A stretch of DNA of 64,000 bases from Rebecca billardiae RCC1528 (lineage: Eukaryota > Protista > Haptophyta). Where the stretch lies: positions 558,001-622,000 of the forward strand of contig OZ251254.1 in NCBI GenBank assembly GCA_965240325.2. Direction: 5' to 3'. Shown here one piece after another: positions 63,157 to 64,000 of the stretch (the first letter of the stretch is position 1; every line of letters starts with the position of its first letter). The notes under the pieces are model-generated. The model was not told the origin of the DNA, made no database searches, and saw only the letters and a program-made list of their open reading frames with translations. The position numbers and the translations under genes were made by a program.

Positions 63157-63626
63157 GCGGTGCTGAGCAGGAGCCGGGAGTGGGGCGTGCGGTGCCTGCA
63201 CTGCTGGCTCAGCAGAGCCCGGGCGCGGCGGTAGTGCCGCGCCGCCGAGTGTGCCCGGCGCCGATGCCGGGCCGTCTGGCGCGCGGCCCGCCCGCCCCCG
63301 GGGCCCAGGCGTGAGCCGGCGTTGCGACGCGTGAGCGGCCCGCACGGCGCACTGTCCCGGACCGTCGAGGCAGGCCACGGAGTTACATACTCTTATTAAA
63401 GAGCTCTCTCTCTCTCTCTCATAGCAGTAGTACGAGACTGATCGCCAGTTTCCGCGCCGCTGAGTCGGCCGCCATGTAATAAATTAATAACAAGTTAAAG
63501 TATATCCGGAATCCGATTTAGAGACCGCAGAATCTGCTATATATCATCAATCATCTGTTACTGTAATTACTCCGCGCCGTCATTAAATCTGATGTCGTCG
63601 TCGTAGACGTAGTAGTCAGCATATAT

Positions 63627-63631
<5 letters not shown>

Positions 63632-63677
<46 letters not shown>
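63632..63677. repeat. (AT)n microsatellite
   Basis: Pure AT run. Similar runs occur at ~652-669, 17034-17051 and 42836-42947. Confidence 0.9.
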
Positions 63678-63682
<5 letters not shown>

Positions 63683-64000
63683 AGACCGACTACAGCACTA
63701 GAGTACATGCTGCATCAGTCAGGCAATCGCGGGCAATAAGAGGTCAGAGATCTCACGGCTAGTCGTCTGCTCGGTTTCTTAAGCCGTTTCTTACGGCTGC
63801 CAGGTCCGCCCGCAGCGACAGGCGCGGGGGGCGCATCAGGGGGGCTGAGCCCCCCGCTGAGTCTTTGACTTTAGGCCCGGCCGGCGAGGCCGAAGAAAAC
63901 ATATTTGGGCCGGCCGTTTTGATGGAGCAAATCTGGCATGATGTTGCATGAATGCTGCGCGCACTGGCCAGGAGTAAGTCATCAGGACGAGAAGTCGGGA

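Overview
This is eukaryotic nuclear DNA with very high GC. Introns have GTGCGC or GC donors and CG-rich bodies, and several proteins carry signal-plus-transit-like leaders, which points to a complex-plastid alga, probably a haptophyte (inference). Conserved genes: a CDKL-type kinase, mitochondrial ClpX, a DAG-kinase-family protein, an MFS transporter, an EF-hand protein, a bacterial-type glucokinase and a cyclin-Y-like protein. Accessory genes: three F-box-like/RCC1-repeat paralogues, an apparently catalytically dead alpha/beta-hydrolase with two UIMs, and an RTX-repeat/extensin-like surface protein. The most notable gene is a single intronless ORF fusing ViaA-type VWA, RavA-type MoxR AAA+ and a PAW-like (NGLY1 C-terminal) domain behind a signal peptide; a 5'-truncated, frame-intact second copy lies 12,972 bp downstream. 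Intergenic (TA)n/(GT)n microsatellites host rows of transposons: three elements with asymmetric inverted repeats and terminal hairpins (Helitron2/KDZ-like), a gag-only LTR element and two TIR elements; a MITE lies nearby. Exon boundaries and family assignments were read by eye and from remembered motifs, with no searches run.
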